Assembly (NCBI RefSeq): GCF_006345805.1
Contig: NC_043016.1
Coordinates: 24,924,001-24,988,000, forward strand
Length of the DNA: 64,000 nucleotides
From: Octopus sinensis
Lineage: Eukaryota
Reading direction: 5' to 3'
Both the position numbers and the translations under genes were made by a program. The notes beneath the pieces were generated by a model that was not told where the DNA came from, did not search any database, and was given only the letters and a program-made list of their open reading frames with translations. Shown here piece after piece: positions 1 to 13,637 of the stretch. The first letter of the stretch is position 1; every line of letters begins with the position of its first letter.

Positions 1-214
1 ATCAAAGTAGGTAAAAAAATATGCTAATTCTCTGAGAAATTCTCTGAGCAGATTTAGTAGAGGGAAAATGAAAGAAGCCTGTTGTGTATATATATACACA
101 TATGTTGACATATTACATGTTATTTGCACTGTTGGTGACGTCCTGTATCCATATATGCATGTATATATATATATATATATACACACACACATACATACAC
201 ACACAAACACACAC

Positions 215-390
215 ACGCGTGTGTGTGTGTGACCGTGTGTGTATTGTTGGCGATTTTCTTTCTCCGTCTTCCCTTCCTTGGATCTTTCCTTTTCCTATGT
301 TTCTGTTGAAGAGCTCCGCTCAAAACGTTAATTCCTCCTTCTTTCTTTCCTTTCCTGAGCGTCCAATAACACTATACTTGTTCCACATCC
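215..390 (+). repeat. Short dispersed repeat family B (probably Penelope-like pLTR-derived) with degenerate minimal hammerhead motif at 299-333
   Basis: Near-identical to 41862-42050 and 42795-42995; contains CTGTTGA-A-GAGC-TCC-GCTC-AAAA-CGTT. Confidence 0.65.
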
Positions 391-668
391 AGATATATAT
401 ATCTGGGGATCGAGGTGTAGGAAGAAAGTTAGCTTCAAGCAATCAGTAGTAAATATAAAGAAACAACTTTCAGGGACAATAATGGTTTATTGAGATGGAA
501 GGTTGCAAATTTTTTTGTATCAAAGTACAGTAAACTGAAAAAACTTCTTTTTATATTTCATGGTAGGCAACCAGGTTTGCCAGGTATGTGAATAAGAACA
601 TAAGGATTAAGGAATGGAGTAGATAAGATCTGGGCTACATTTGTTTCATAGCAAGTGGAACATTAGAA

Positions 669-865
669 GTGGTAAATATCCAAGTGAGGTGTATACCACA
701 GGCTACTCTTCAGTCCAAGAATATCTTGAGTATATGAAAGTTTACATTATGACAAGGAGGTACATTTTTACATGGTACATGTCTACACATGGACTCAATC
801 AGAATCAAGACATCCTTGGCCTGAAGAGTAGCCTGTGGTATACACTTCGCTTGGGTATTTACCAC
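669..865. mobile_element. Small MITE-like element with about 50-bp terminal inverted repeats
   Basis: GTGGTAAATATCCAAGTGAGGTGTATACCACAGGCTACTCTTCAG (669-713) is the reverse complement of 821-865 with 3 mismatches. Confidence 0.7.
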
Positions 866-904
866 ACACACACACACATATATATATGTGACACTTCTGT
901 TCGA

Positions 905-1101
905 GTCAGACGCCATGATAGATCATTAGCCACTACACACATTTTTTTTCTCTCTTTGTTTTTTCTGTGTCTCTTTCTGTAGAAGAGCGTAGGCTCGAAA
1001 CGTAAAAGACTTTTTCTATTCCTGAGTGTTATACTAATACATCTGTTTGTTTTGTACACCACCTGTCTTCGTCTTTTGTTTTTTTTTTTGTAAACTCTCG
1101 C

Positions 1102-1102
<1 letters not shown>
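905..1102 (+). repeat. Short dispersed repeat family C (probably Penelope-like pLTR-derived)
   Basis: Same sequence at 20600-20800 and 33620-33805; flanked by (CA)n/(TA)n. Confidence 0.7.
972..1009 (+). ncRNA. Minimal hammerhead-ribozyme-like motif (variant core, A6U)
   Basis: TCTTT / CTGTAGA / A / GAGC-GTAG-GCTC / GAAA / CG-TA / AAAGA: stem I TCTTT:AAAGA, stem II GAGC:GCTC, palindromic ACGT stem III. Confidence 0.55.
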
Positions 1103-1133
<31 letters not shown>

Positions 1134-1504
1134 CATATATATATAATACTTTTGGTTGATAGCTGATGAAGTATTAGGGTTCTGGTGTCTGTCCTATGTG
1201 TATGTTTTGTAGTATTTAATGCATTTTTCACTTATGGAATAACTGAATGCCATGCATCCCAACTTTTGTTAACAGTAAGTTTGTATACATTTTTTTGCAA
1301 TCCTTTCTTTCTTTATCTCATGTCTTAATATTCCTTTCCTAGCATCCCTATTTCCTCATCTCTCTTGTCTTCTAACACTTAATTGTAGACTTTCTCCCTT
1401 CCTTCTTCTGTTCCCTCTGTTCTCTACTAGTTCTGCCAGAAGGCTGGCAGAACTAGTAGAGATGCTGTGACAAGGTGGAAATGGTGAGAGGGTTTTGTAA
1501 TTTG

Positions 1505-2070
1505 GGAGATAGATTGGATGTAAGTAGTGAATGTGAAGCAGCTGTAACAGCAAGAGTGAGACTTGGCTGGGTGAAGTTCAGGGGATGTGAAGCATTATTA
1601 TATGGATAAAGGTTCTCCTTGAAGATGAAAGGAAGGGTTTATTGGAGATGCATGAGATTTGTAATGTTGTATGGGAGTGAGCCATAGTATCTGAGGGAAA
1701 GCAAAATAGCAATTTTGAGGACAAGAGAGCAATGGTGAGAGCAATGTGTGATGTGAAACTATTGGATAAAAGGAGGGCCGAGGACTTGATGGGGATGCTG
1801 CAGTTGGAGGAATCAGTGAAACAGCTGGCAAGGGTGAATGGAGTGCAGTGGTATGGACATGTGTTGAGGAGAGATGAGGATCCTATTCTGAGGAGAGTGC
1901 TTGAGTTTAAAGTGAATGAACTGCGAAAGCGAGGTTGACCAAAGAAAACGTGGAGGGGAGAGGGGTAGGAGATTGGGAAGGTTGGCTTGAGGAAGGAGGA
2001 TGCCCAAAATCAGGCGAGATGGTGTGAGAGCAGTTGCTGCAAGAGTGAGTTAGATCCAGCCACCCTCATG
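1505..2070 (+). mobile_element. Old RTE-clade LINE 3' fragment
   Basis: Translates to EAAVTARVRLGWVKFR ... RVNGVQWYGHVLRRDEDPILRRVLEFKV (ORF 1732-1938), typical RTE RT C-terminus. Confidence 0.8.
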
Positions 2071-2093
2071 GATTTAGAATATTGGAATTTATC

Positions 2094-2159
<66 letters not shown>

Positions 2160-2258
2160 CATGCATACATACATACATACATGCATACATACATACATAC
2201 ATACATACATACATACATACATACATACATACATACATACATACATACATACACACAT
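2094..2258. repeat. (TA)n + (CATA)n compound microsatellite
   Basis: Direct reading; source of the YIYI/MYVC ORFs. Confidence 0.95.
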
Positions 2259-2369
2259 ATAGGAGAGTATTGTAGTTCGCTTGAAGTATTGTGTATTGTT
2301 TGTAAAATATAATGTGTTTTGAATGGCACAACAATGCACTATAATAACAACAATAGACAATAATTACTG

Positions 2370-2416
2370 TTATAATTTAATCATCCATAGTCTGACTATG
2401 GATGATTAAATTATAA
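2370..2416. repeat. Perfect 47-bp palindrome (23-bp arms, 1-nt loop)
   Basis: TTATAATTTAATCATCCATAGTC-T-GACTATGGATGATTAAATTATAA. Confidence 0.95.
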
Positions 2417-2619
2417 GTTATTATAGTTCATAGTTGTAGTTATAGAGCTTTGTTGTGCCATTTAAGACACATCATATTTTATACACACACACACATACAC
2501 TCACGACAGAAGTAAATAGACACCTCATAAAATATTGTTTTATGTTTATTTTAACTCAAAATGGGTTATAGTTGTTATTAATTGACATTTTAATGTTTCA
2601 GGTTCTATATGTGACTGCT

Positions 2620-3640
2620 TAATTATGCCATGTACAAAACATGTACAAAAGAAACTTTGGAAAGGAGCCTAGAAGCCTTATTGTGGGTCAATCTGAAGGT
2701 GGACTTAGTCAGCATAAAATCACAGAAAACCTTGGGATTCCACTTTCTGCAGTTAATTGAGTGATTGTGCAATTCACTGGATAGGGGAAGGCACCCACAT
2801 CACTTTGCCCAAGTTGACCAGGGCCCTCTGACAAGACCTTTCATTTAAGAGAAGTGTGGAGGATAATCCTTATTGCAAATCTCCGATACAGCAGAACAAG
2901 TTGATATTAGTCACAGAATAGCTGTTAGGTATCTCTACAAACTTGGCTACTATGGCAGAGCAGCAAGAGGGAAGCCACTTCTTCAACCATCCAATATCAA
3001 GTGGAGACAAGATTGGGCCAGTGAAATGGTGGAGAGGCCACTAGTATTTAGGGACACTGCCATATTCTCTGATGAGTTCAAATTTGCTGTATTTTCTGGC
3101 AGTGGTTGAGTGTGGGTTTAGAGACTCTATGATCAAAAATTTGACATGAAAAGCTTGCAGCCAAAAATGAAATACAGTGGCTACCCTATGATGGTCTGGG
3201 GAGCAATTTGGAGCAATGGTTGATCAGAGCTGGTGGAGTGTGAGGGAAACATAAACACAGATAAATATGTGTCCATTTTGCAGAGAGGACTCCTTCCAAT
3301 CTTTCCAGTGGGGAAATAATTTAAAAAGACTATTTATGGAAGATGGGGCTCCTTGTCACACAGCTAAAAAGACCCAAGATTGGTTAGAAGAGAATAGCAT
3401 TAAAAAGCTTCCATGGCCAAACAGTCACCAGATATGAACCCTATTGAACACCTTTGGAACATAATGGACAGGACAGTTCATAAAAAGAACAAGAAAGCAT
3501 CCTCAAAGCCAAATCTTTTGAGATTATTGCATGAAACTTGGCAAGAAATTCCACAAGAGAATATTCGTCATCTGATTAGTAGCATGCCTAATAAGGTCCT
3601 TGTGTTGAACAATGCAAAGGACATGTCTACTAAATATTAG
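2620..3640 (+). pseudogene. Degenerate Tc1-family (DD34E) transposase
   Basis: Motifs IFSDE (ORF 2873-3109), MEDGAPCH (about 3338-3361) and SPDMNPIEHLW (ORF 3413-3640); stops and frameshifts between them. Confidence 0.9.
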
Positions 3641-3824
3641 ATATTCACAATATCTGATAAACAATTTGAATGTATAATTTCAGATTTAAATAAATTTTAA
3701 TGATTATAAGGGCGCCACATCTGTGTATATATATATATATGTATGGATGGATGGGTGCATGTATGTATATATATATGCATGCATGTATATATATGTATAT
3801 ATCTATGTTGTTGTGTGCTTTTTT

Positions 3825-4030
3825 CTTGTGTCTATTCCCTACTACCACTTGACAACCAGTGTTGGTGTGTTTACATACCTGTAACTTAGCAGTTCAGCAA
3901 AAAAGACCAGTAGAATAAGTACCAGTTTTTTTTTTTTTTAAATAAGTACTGGGGTTGATTAGTACAACTAAAATTCTTCAAGGTATTGTACCAGCATGGC
4001 CACAGTGAAAGATAAAAGATAAAAGATAAA
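3825..4030 (+). mobile_element. SINE family a, 3' fragment
   Basis: Matches the 3' half of the family a copies (gacaaccagtgttggtgtgttt...cagcatggccacagt...aaaagataaaag). Confidence 0.75.
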
Positions 4031-4429
4031 AGTTCATATTTTAATGGAGTTATAGTTCTATCATAAACACAACACCCTATAAGCATAAACTACATACAAT
4101 TCAATCATTTTATTTGAAAGTAAATGATACAAAACATGTTCAAATTGAACCATTGATTAAAATGTTAGACATGTTTTAATATTTTCACTTTCATCATCAG
4201 AGAGGGCCCAAACAGTTTGAAGCTTCAAATGCTCCTCACTGGGTCGATCATTGTGCAATCAGACTGAATTTATTATATAGACAATAGATAAATAAATAAA
4301 TAAATAAATAAATAAAACCACGTAAAATATTTGTATTATTGTCCAAGTTTTCTTTGACTGATTTCAATATTTAGCTCATAGAGAACATACAGAAAAGGTA
4401 AAATAAAATGGGAGAGTTTGAACTTGCGT

Positions 4430-5568
4430 CTCAACAGCAACAGTCCATAGGCCAACCCTCTTAATTGAAAGCAACATTGTGTCTTTCTCTGTAGATTCTG
4501 TTGCAGACTGAATGAACCTCTTCATTATCACCCTTGTAAGTCCCAATTCCTTAAGGACTTTGCAGAATTAGCAAAATTTTCTACTGTCAACTCCATAGAC
4601 TCATATTTATAATCTGTTTGACACTTTCCCACCAGTCCCTGGTACTTTACACATTTCCTTCCATTATATTCTTCAATATACTATTCCAAGAGTATTATAA
4701 GTTCCTGTATGATTGGTTGTTTTCTTGCCTCAGAGGTGATGACCATGTCTGGCTAGAGTAATGTTTGTACCATGTGCTGCGAAAACTGTCTCTCCAATTT
4801 GACAAGTAACCAGATGCTGCGTATCAGAGGTCCACCTATGCTTTTAGTTGTGTATCCGCTCTCTTTCTCTCTCTCCTGTTGTGATCTAAAATTAAGGTAG
4901 TTCTTGAATTTTTGAACAGTAGTAGACTTGTTGAGCCAAGTCAAAGAGCTTCCCTTGACTCATGCCTAGTTGCTCCATAGTGGAGAAGATGGTAATTCCA
5001 GATATTGAGAAATGAAATTTGTCAACCACTCTCCCTTTCTTTAATGTCATGGAACTCGAATTGGCAGACTTAAAACTTATCTTTGCCTTGGTAACAAGTT
5101 TCTCAATACCAAGTAGAACCTGTCAACTTCTTCTAAGGATCAATGTTGTTATGATCATAACATCATCCATTAAATGCTCTTATTGTTGAGCTGATGTACA
5201 CCAGATTTGGTTAGGAATCTCTACTTTCCATCTCAGCTGTTTTAGACTCTAAATTCATAGGAAGAGTAATAAAACAGTTAATACCAATATGATGTTCCTG
5301 ACCCTGAAGTGACCCTCAATCTGAAATTATTCTAGCTATCCTGAATCAGGTTCTGAGCTTGCCAGAAAAATGGTACCAATGCAGTGCAGGTTCAACTAAC
5401 CTGTGATATAGACCCATAAGTATTTGTCAAATCCAGCCACAGTATGTATCGTCACATTTGTTCCCTTGAGCTGCTCTGGTGAGTTGTTGAACGATGTCAC
5501 TGTGCTCCAGGAACACCATAAATCCTACCTTCCAGCATTGATGGGTCGATGTAGTTATTTTTGAGAAA
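4430..5568 (-). mobile_element. Degenerate HERO-like (R2-group) non-LTR retrotransposon: RT plus restriction-like endonuclease
   Basis: Minus-strand hand translation across frameshifts: FLKNNYID, WLDLTNTYGSI, FRLRVTSGSGTSYW, TKSGVHQ..IRAF.MDD, PDMVITSEARKQPIIQEL, KYQGLVEKC, LKELGL...IKRVGLW; family assignment is from recall of HERO-type motifs. Confidence 0.8.
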
Positions 5569-5569
5569 C

Positions 5570-8500
5570 TCAATCATCATCATCATCATCATCATCGTTT
5601 AACGTCCGTTCTCCATGCTAGCATGGGTTGGACGGTTCGACCAGGGATCTGGGAAGCCAGAAGGCTGCACCAGGCTCCGGTCTTATCTGGCAATGTTTCT
5701 ACAGCTGGATGCCCTTCCTAACGCCAACCACTCCGTGAGTGTAGTGGGTGCTTTTTACGTGCCACCTGCACTGGTGCCAGGCGAGGCTGGCATCGGCCAC
5801 GGTCGGATTGGTGCATTTTACGTGCCACCTGCACGGAAGCCAGTCGAGGCGGCACTGGCTTCGGCCACGATTCGGATGGTGCTTTTTACGTGCCACCGAC
5901 ACGGAAGCCAGTCGAGGCGGCGCTGCCATCGGCCACGATTCGGATAGTGCTTTTTACGTATCTCCAGTCCAGGGGTCCTGGCCTCTGCCGGGTGCCAGTC
6001 ATAGGATTGGTTCAATTTCGATTCCGATTTCACTTGCCCCAACAGGTCTTCGCAACAGGTTGGCATAGGTGCCTGTCGTCGGATGAGGTTCGATATCGAC
6101 TTCGCTCGCCTCAACAGGTCTTTGTGTGTCCAAGGGAGGAATGGCATGCATAAGTGGGCTGGAATCAGTTGTCCTGCCTGGTCTTTTCATGCACAGCATA
6201 TTTCCAAAGGTCTCGGTCGCTGGTCATTTCCTCAGTGAGACCTAAAGTTCGAAGGTCGTGCTTCACCACCTCGTCCCAAGTTTTCCTGGGTCTACCTCTT
6301 CCACGGGTTCCCTCCACTGCTAGGGATTGGCACTTTTTCACACACCTATCTTCATCCATTCTCGCCACATGACCATACCAGTGCAATCGTCTCTCTTGCA
6401 CACCACAACTGATGCTCCTTAGGTCCAACATTTCTCTCGGGGTACTAACGCTCTGTCGAGCATGCACACTGACATTACACATCCATCGGAGCATACTGGC
6501 TTCATTTCTCACGAGCTTATGCATGTCCTCAGCAGTCACAGCCCATGTTTCACTGCCATGTAGCATGGCTGTTCGTACACATGCATCATACAGTCTGCCT
6601 TTTACTCTGAGCGAGAGGCCTTTAGTCACCAGCAGAGGTAAGAGCTCCCTAAACTTTGCCCAGGCTATTCTTACTCTAGCCGTTACACTTTCAGCACACC
6701 TACCCCCACTATTGACTTGGTCACCAAGATAATGGAAGCTATCAACTACTTCTAGTTTTTTCCCCTGGAAAGTGACGGAAGTTGTTTTCTGCAGATTTTC
6801 AGAGGTTAATGCTCCCGAGCATCTGTCACATACAAAAACCATCTTCCTAGTTAGCCTTCCTTTGACATTGCTGCACCTCTTATGTGTCCATAGCTTACAC
6901 TTGGTGCATCTTATAGAGTTTCTACCTACACCTTTTCTACAGATCGAGCAGGGCCATCAACCTGAAGGCGTTTGTGATTTGTCTACCTTCCTACTTATTA
7001 CGACTTTGGTTTTAGCTAGATTGACTCTAAGGCCCTTCGATTCTAAACCTTGCTTCCACACCTGAAACTTCTCCTCCAGTTCTGATAGTGACTCAGCAAT
7101 TAGAGCAAGGTCATCAGCATAGAGGAGCTCCCAGGGGCATCCTGTCTTGAATTCCTCCGTTATTGCCTGGAGGACTATGATAAACAGGAGGGGGCTGAGG
7201 ACTGAGCCTTGGTGGACCCCTACCCCTACCCGGAATTCTTCACTGTACTCGTTGCCAACCCTCACCTTACTAGCAGCGTCCCTGTACATGGCTCGCACAG
7301 CTCTCACTAACCATTCATCTATCCCTAGTTTCCTCATTGACCACCAGATGAGGGATCGGGGGACCCTGTCGAAGGCTTTCTCCATGTCAACAAAAGCCAG
7401 GTACAGGGGCTTATCTTTGGCTAGGTATTTCTCCTGCAGCTGCCTTACCAGGAATATAGCATCAGTGGTACTTTTCCCTGGTACGAACCCAAACTGCATC
7501 TCATCTAAACTAACTCTCTCTCTAATTAGTTGGCTTATGACCCTCTCTGTAACCTTCATCACCTGATCCAACAGCTTGATACCTCTGTAATTATTTGTAT
7601 CTAGGGCATCACCTTTACCTTTGTAGCAGTTGACTATTACACCGGTCATTGGGTATGACTCCTTCGTGTATCACCTGATTAACTATACCGGTGAGGCTAT
7701 AGCCGACACTACCAGATATTTTGAGCATCTCTGCAGTGATACCTGATGGGCCTGGGGCTTTCCCTGTCTTCATGCTTCTAATTGCCTTAACTACCAAGGA
7801 GCTATCAACCCTGATAGTTGGTCCCTCTGTTGGGTCAACATTCATTTTCTTTATTCAGCAACCTTTCATAGTGGCATCTCCAAGCCTCCTTTGCATCCTC
7901 GTTTAGCGCAAGTGAACCATCTTCCATGCGAACACACTTCTCTCCTACCACATCACAATTCTCTCTCACACACTGTCTTGCAACGCGAAACACCTCCAGT
8001 CTTTGGTCCTCACGGCGCAGAACATTGGCAAATTTTTTCTTATCTGCTTCCCCTCTGGCTAGATAGACCTGTCTCCTAGCTTCCCTTTTAGCAATCTGAT
8101 ACAATTCCCTGCTACCACCATTCTTCCAGTGCTTCCAAGTCTGTCTCTTTTCTCTAATAGCCCTGTCTACAACACTGTTCCACCACCACGTTACCTTGGG
8201 ACGAGAGGGGACTTTGCACCAGCCACAGATCTGGTCAGTGGCTCTCAGCAGGTTGTCCCTTAGAAACGTCCAGTTGCCCTCTACCCCATGTGATACTCTA
8301 TCCCCTTCTACTTCATCAAAGGCTTCAAGTAGCATATCCCTAAATCTCTGTCCATTCGCAGGATCTTTAAGCTTCCAGATCCTTCTTCTCCATGTTGGTC
8401 GTCTTCTGGTTGTCCTCCTAGTCCTGATCCTAAAGTCACTAACTACCAGTCTATGTTGTGGGGTACATTCTTCGCCTGGGAAGGTTTTGGCATTTATAAG

Positions 8501-8660
8501 TAGCCATCTTTCCCTTTGCCTGGTAAGGATGTAGTCAATTTGGCTGGTATGTTGGCCATATCGGTAGGTGACTAGGTGGCTGGTAGGTTTCCTGAAGTTA
8601 GTGTTGCAAATCATAAGATTATTTGCATCGCAGAACTCCAGCAGCCTGGTTCCCTCCTCG
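5570..8660 (-). mobile_element. 5'-truncated RTE-clade LINE with long 3' UTR and (GAT)n tail
   Basis: APE C-terminus, RT and C-terminal ORFs on the minus strand; tail reads (cat)n at 5572-5596. Confidence 0.95.
6165..8660 (-). pseudogene. RTE endonuclease/reverse transcriptase ORF broken into three or four pieces
   Basis: ORFs 7835-8713 (SQIDYIL, QHRLVVSDF), 7615-7845 (KTGKAPGPSG), 6957-7649 (QFGF, FVDMEKAFD, QGSVLSP, LYADD) and 6165-6842 (WYGHVARM, RGRPRKTW). Confidence 0.95.
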
Positions 8661-9213
8661 TATTTAATATACCTTTTTGTGTTTGTTGTCAAAATTAATG
8701 CAACTGGCGACATTGGGATGTATGCTTTAGTTCAATTTTGCTCTTTATATTTTATATATACACATTCACATACATACATATATGCATACATACATACATA
8801 CATACATACATACATACATACATACATACATACATACATACATACACACACACATAACACAAACAGACACATACATATGTACTTACATATTCACACACAC
8901 ACACATACACACACACACACTCACTCACTCACTCTATATTTAGTGACATCATAGCTTGTTTCTTTAGACCATCTGTCTTGCCTTGGTAATTCTCATCATC
9001 GATTTGCAGGATACATGTGTGTGTATCTTTATATGTGTGTGTGTGTGTCTGTGTGTGTGTGTCTGCGTGTGTGTGTGTGTGTGTGTGTGTTTGTGTGTGT
9101 AAAGGGAGAGGGAGGCAAGAAAGAGATTAGATAGATAGGGTGGGAGGCAGGCAGATAGATAATATTGCACTATCAAATCATAATATTAGAAGCAGGAAGA
9201 AAACCACTTGCAT

Positions 9214-10440
<1,227 letters not shown>

Positions 10441-10739
10441 TTGAGAAGACCTGCCTACCTCAGGGAAACTAAGTTCTGACAACACTGTGTATTATGTGCT
10501 CTTCATCCACACATTACATCCACCCCCACTCCAATGGCCCAAACTACTTCTCATCATGCACCACACTTGTATCACACCCAACCATTCGCTCATGCAACCA
10601 AATGGTGTTTTTCTTAACTCTCTCCTTTCCTGTCCTCTCCACTGCCAACTATACCATCGCTATCCTGCTGCTCCCCCATTATGTATATTTTATATACATA
10701 TATTATATATATAATCTAAAAAAAAAAAGGGTTTAAAAA

Positions 10740-11327
10740 ATCCAGGCAGATATCAATAAAGCACTCAGTTTTAAATGAATTTGGTTAACAATATCCAACA
10801 ATCAGATACCAATAAATATACTGCTTGGCATTCATGCTGGAAGCTCCAATACAAACATTTCAGAGTGTTTGAGTGTCAATCTGAGGATAGTGCAGTCTGA
10901 GGCATATAGTGAGAGTGATAAAAATTAAACACCCAGTCAACATCATGGTGCTTAAGGTGATCACTAGTGATGGCGACATTATGCTTCCATTCGTCTTCCC
11001 ACATGGCTTCAGACTCAACATGGAGGTCCACATCAAGTGCCTGGAGGAGGTAGTACTGCCCTGGATCAAGAAGATGGCTGCTGGAAGACCCTATGTCTGG
11101 CAACAGGACTCTACACCATGACACACAAGCAGGAGAACCCAGTCATGGCTGTCACACAATTTCTGTGACCACATCACCCCTAACATGATGTGACCACCTA
11201 ATCATCTGGCCACCTAATTCCCCAGACTGCTACCCCCTTGATTTTGTGTGGGTGCAGTTGAGCAAGAGACCAACAAAACTCCTTGTAACACCAAAGATGA
11301 ACTGAAGGCAAGGATTATGGCAGCATT
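10740..11327 (+). mobile_element. Internally deleted maT-type (DD37D) Tc1/mariner element, cut by the gap
   Basis: KHPVNIMV..YVWQQDSTP*HTS...WPPNSPDCYPLD; 37 residues between D2 and D3 after removing a short duplication at about 11189-11207. Confidence 0.8.
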
Positions 11328-11427
11328 NNNNNNNNNNNNNNNNNNNNNNNNNNNNNNNNNNNNNNNNNNNNNNNNNNNNNNNNNNNNNNNNNNNNNNNNN
11401 NNNNNNNNNNNNNNNNNNNNNNNNNNN
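11328..11427. other. Assembly gap (100 N)
   Basis: Run of exactly 100 N. Confidence 0.99.
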
Positions 11428-11437
11428 GGAAGTAGGT

Positions 11438-11477
<40 letters not shown>

Positions 11478-11480
11478 AGA

Positions 11481-11576
<96 letters not shown>

Positions 11577-11589
11577 TATATATATATAT

Positions 11590-12075
11590 ATATTTAAGTA
11601 GGTGAATGAATTATCCTATGTTTATCGTCAGCATGGAAAATTCGTTTAACCGAAACCTGGGTAGCAAATTCACGTAGGAAACACGGTGAAGTGGACCTGT
11701 CAAGGGTAGAAACTCCGGGTTCATGTGCAGAAATTTGTGTGTTGTATATGAATAAATGAAAGAATGGAGTCGAACGAAGATGTTAACAAAATTCCTTTAC
11801 TCTCGACCTATGTCTCGAAGACAACAAGACAAACAAAAATTTTGATGACTGCCTTCATGGTAAACAAAGCGATAATGAGTGTTTTTTTAAAAAAACCGTT
11901 AGAAGAATTTTTGTTTGTCTTGTTGTCGAGAGAGGCTCCCTTTCTTTCCTGATGAGAAGATTGCATAATGCACCCTTTATTCCTTTGGAATGAAAACTTG
12001 TCTTTGAAACATATGTCGAGAGTAAAGGAATTTTGTTAACATCTTCGTTCGACTCCATTCTTTCATTTATTCATA
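11590..12075. mobile_element. Family A fold-back element (probably Penelope-like-derived), bounded by (AT)n
   Basis: 11763-11841 is inverted relative to 11905-11928 plus 11995-12065; the ORF track shows MESNEDVNKIPLLSTYVSKT on both strands. Confidence 0.75.
11944..12022 (+). ncRNA. Hammerhead ribozyme motif with extended stem II
   Basis: CTTTC / CTGATGA / GAAGA...TCTTT / GAAA / C-ATAT-GTC / GAGAG; canonical core, GUC site, palindromic ACATATGT. Confidence 0.8.
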
Positions 12076-12225
12076 TATATATATATATATATATATCTGT
12101 TAGAATCCAGGCAACAATGTGCACATTCTGTAATTCCTCATCTATCAAATATTGCAAAATGCATAAGAACAACCTTCAGAGGTGCATCTGTAGTGAGAGA
12201 AAATTAATAAATATATAGTCATCAC

Positions 12226-12425
12226 CACATAACTGTCATCATCATCATCAAAACTGATGCCACCAGTTAACCATCATCATCATCATCACTGTCATCTTGT
12301 CATCATCCTTGTCTTCCTTATCATTGACAACTTCATCGTTATTGTTCTCATCCTCATCTTCCTCATCATTCTCATCCTCATCTTCATTATCACCCCTCCC
12401 TCTCTTCCTCCTCCTCCTCCACATT
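12226..12425. repeat. (CAT)n/(CCT)n low-complexity tract
   Basis: Direct reading. Confidence 0.85.
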
Positions 12426-13164
12426 TTATACTCTTGTTTACCATGCTGGTATTAGTCAGATAGATCATAACAAACTAGCTCATAGTTGGAGATATTGTTC
12501 CTATAGATAGGTTGTGAGGATTACATTTGATGTGGCTGGAATTAAATTACCATTTTAATTTTACAGATTAAACTGTTATTAATTGTTTTCTTTTCTTTTT
12601 TTTCTTTTTGTCATTATACTGTGTTGCAGAGACTTTGTCAGTGGGTTAGTCTAAGCACCCCACCATTTGATCTAGAACAAAATGAAGCTAACACTCAACA
12701 AAACCTATTTGTCTCAATCTGTAGCCCTGACAGGGTTTGAACTCAGCATTGCTAACAAACAAAAAGCATTTAATGGATTTTTCTATAGCACATCAGTTTG
12801 TTTACAATAGTGATCTGTACTACCAGATAGCCTCATGCTAACTATTTTCATCTAAGTAATCTGTGTCATTTGTTAATTAACACTTGTTTGGCTGGCATGG
12901 AAACAACAACGTGTTCGTAATAGGCTGCAGACAGCAGAACCTTGAGTCACCAGTAGGCCAATTGCCATTGATTATTACATGTTTATTTTTATTTTTTATC
13001 ACTTAATCTGTGATGTTAAATAGGCCCTTGACCTTGTAAGAACCTCCAAGACTGGTCAGAGTAAAGGAAGAATTTATCCTTGAATTATAGATTATATGCA
13101 ATGGAATGGTCTCTACAAAAAGCATCCAAGGATCAGATAATATGTTAAGTGAAACCAAATATAG

Positions 13165-13566
13165 ATGTAGGCATGGCTGTGTGGTAAGAAGTTTACTTCC
13201 CAACCACATGTTTTGGGGTTCAATCCTACTGTATGACACCCCTTGGGCATGTGTCTTCTGCTAAAGCCTTGGCCCACCAAAGCCTTGTGAGTGAATTTGA
13301 CATACAGAAACTGAAAGAAGCCCATCATGTGTGTGTGTGTAGGGGGGTGAGGGGTGTCTGTGTGTGTTTGTGTCTGTGTTTGTCCCCAACCAGTGCTGGT
13401 GTATCTATGTCCCTGTAACTTAAAGGTTTTGCCAAAAAAAAAAATGAGAGGATAAGTACCAGGCTTGAAGGAAATAACTACAGGCATTGATACATTTGAC
13501 TAAAAATTCTTCAAGGCAGTGCCCCAACATGACCACAGTGACTAATAACGAAAACAAGTAAAAGAT
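13165..13566 (+). mobile_element. tRNA-derived SINE family a
   Basis: Head ggctgtgtggtaag...ggttcaatcc with box A/B-like motifs, central microsatellite, AAAAGA-like tail; more than 15 copies in the window. Confidence 0.85.
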
Positions 13567-13637
13567 ACTAGGTTACGGATTAAATCTACAAAGCAAGAAC
13601 AGGAATGTGCTCATCTGACCTGTTGCCACATAGTTTC

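Noticed and set aside
821-845. CTGAAGA inside the MITE arm
   Set aside because: No downstream GAAA, so not a hammerhead.
2490-3725. TIRs for the Tc1 fossil
   Set aside because: The candidate left end (tacactcacgacagaag) has no adequate match on the right.
4110-4210. Minus-strand CTGATGA followed by a long hairpin
   Set aside because: No GAAA, stem III or stem I after the hairpin; too degenerate to call a ribozyme.
5745-5965. CRISPR-like array
   Set aside because: Eukaryotic context; the units are whole tandem duplications without unique spacers and lie in an RTE 3' UTR.
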